DNA of 64,000 nt. Origin: Octopus vulgaris. Lineage: Eukaryota. Positions 63,854-64,000 of the stretch are shown here, piece after piece. Location of the stretch: NCBI GenBank assembly GCA_951406725.2, contig OX597819.1:20832001-20896000 (forward strand), written 5' to 3'. Position numbers and translations under genes: made by a program. Each line of letters starts with the position of its first letter. Within the stretch, counting starts at the first letter, position 1. The notes under the pieces were generated by a model. It searched no databases, was not told the origin of the DNA, and worked only from the letters and a program-made list of their open reading frames with translations.

Positions 63854-64000
63854 TATTGCCTTTACATTTTGCTGACACATTCCTAGTTAGCAACATCGTT
63901 ATATCTACTGCGTATAATAAAGTTATCCACATATAATTTCTTGAGGCCAATTTCCTGTGCATTACAAGCAGAATGTGAACCTCTTGATTATTCTAATCAT

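Overview
AT-rich, microsatellite-dense eukaryotic DNA with no convincing host protein-coding gene, most likely intronic or intergenic. The tRNA-derived SINE families present point to an Octopus (coleoid cephalopod) genome; this is recognition, not a database result. Almost all long ORFs in the track are artefacts of (TA)n/(TG)n/triplet repeats. The window is a graveyard of mobile elements: about 12 copies of one SINE (family A, two alternative tails), about 9 copies of a second SINE (family B, internal microsatellite), one hybrid SINE, R4/Dong-type and RTE-type LINE relics, three mariner relics, non-autonomous Helitrons and small MITEs. It also holds an unusually rich set of Penelope-like element (PLE) relics: RT and GIY-YIG fragments plus hammerhead-ribozyme-like cores, often arranged as large foldback palindromes in (TA)n. 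Most notable: (1) a PLE whose 3' UTR carries a tRNA-like Pol III promoter directly upstream of its hammerhead, (2) a 1.7-kb non-coding foldback with a hammerhead-like motif at each end, and (3) a templated duplication of target DNA at the 5' junction of two independent SINE-A insertions. Coordinates and alignments were read by eye and may be off by a few bases.
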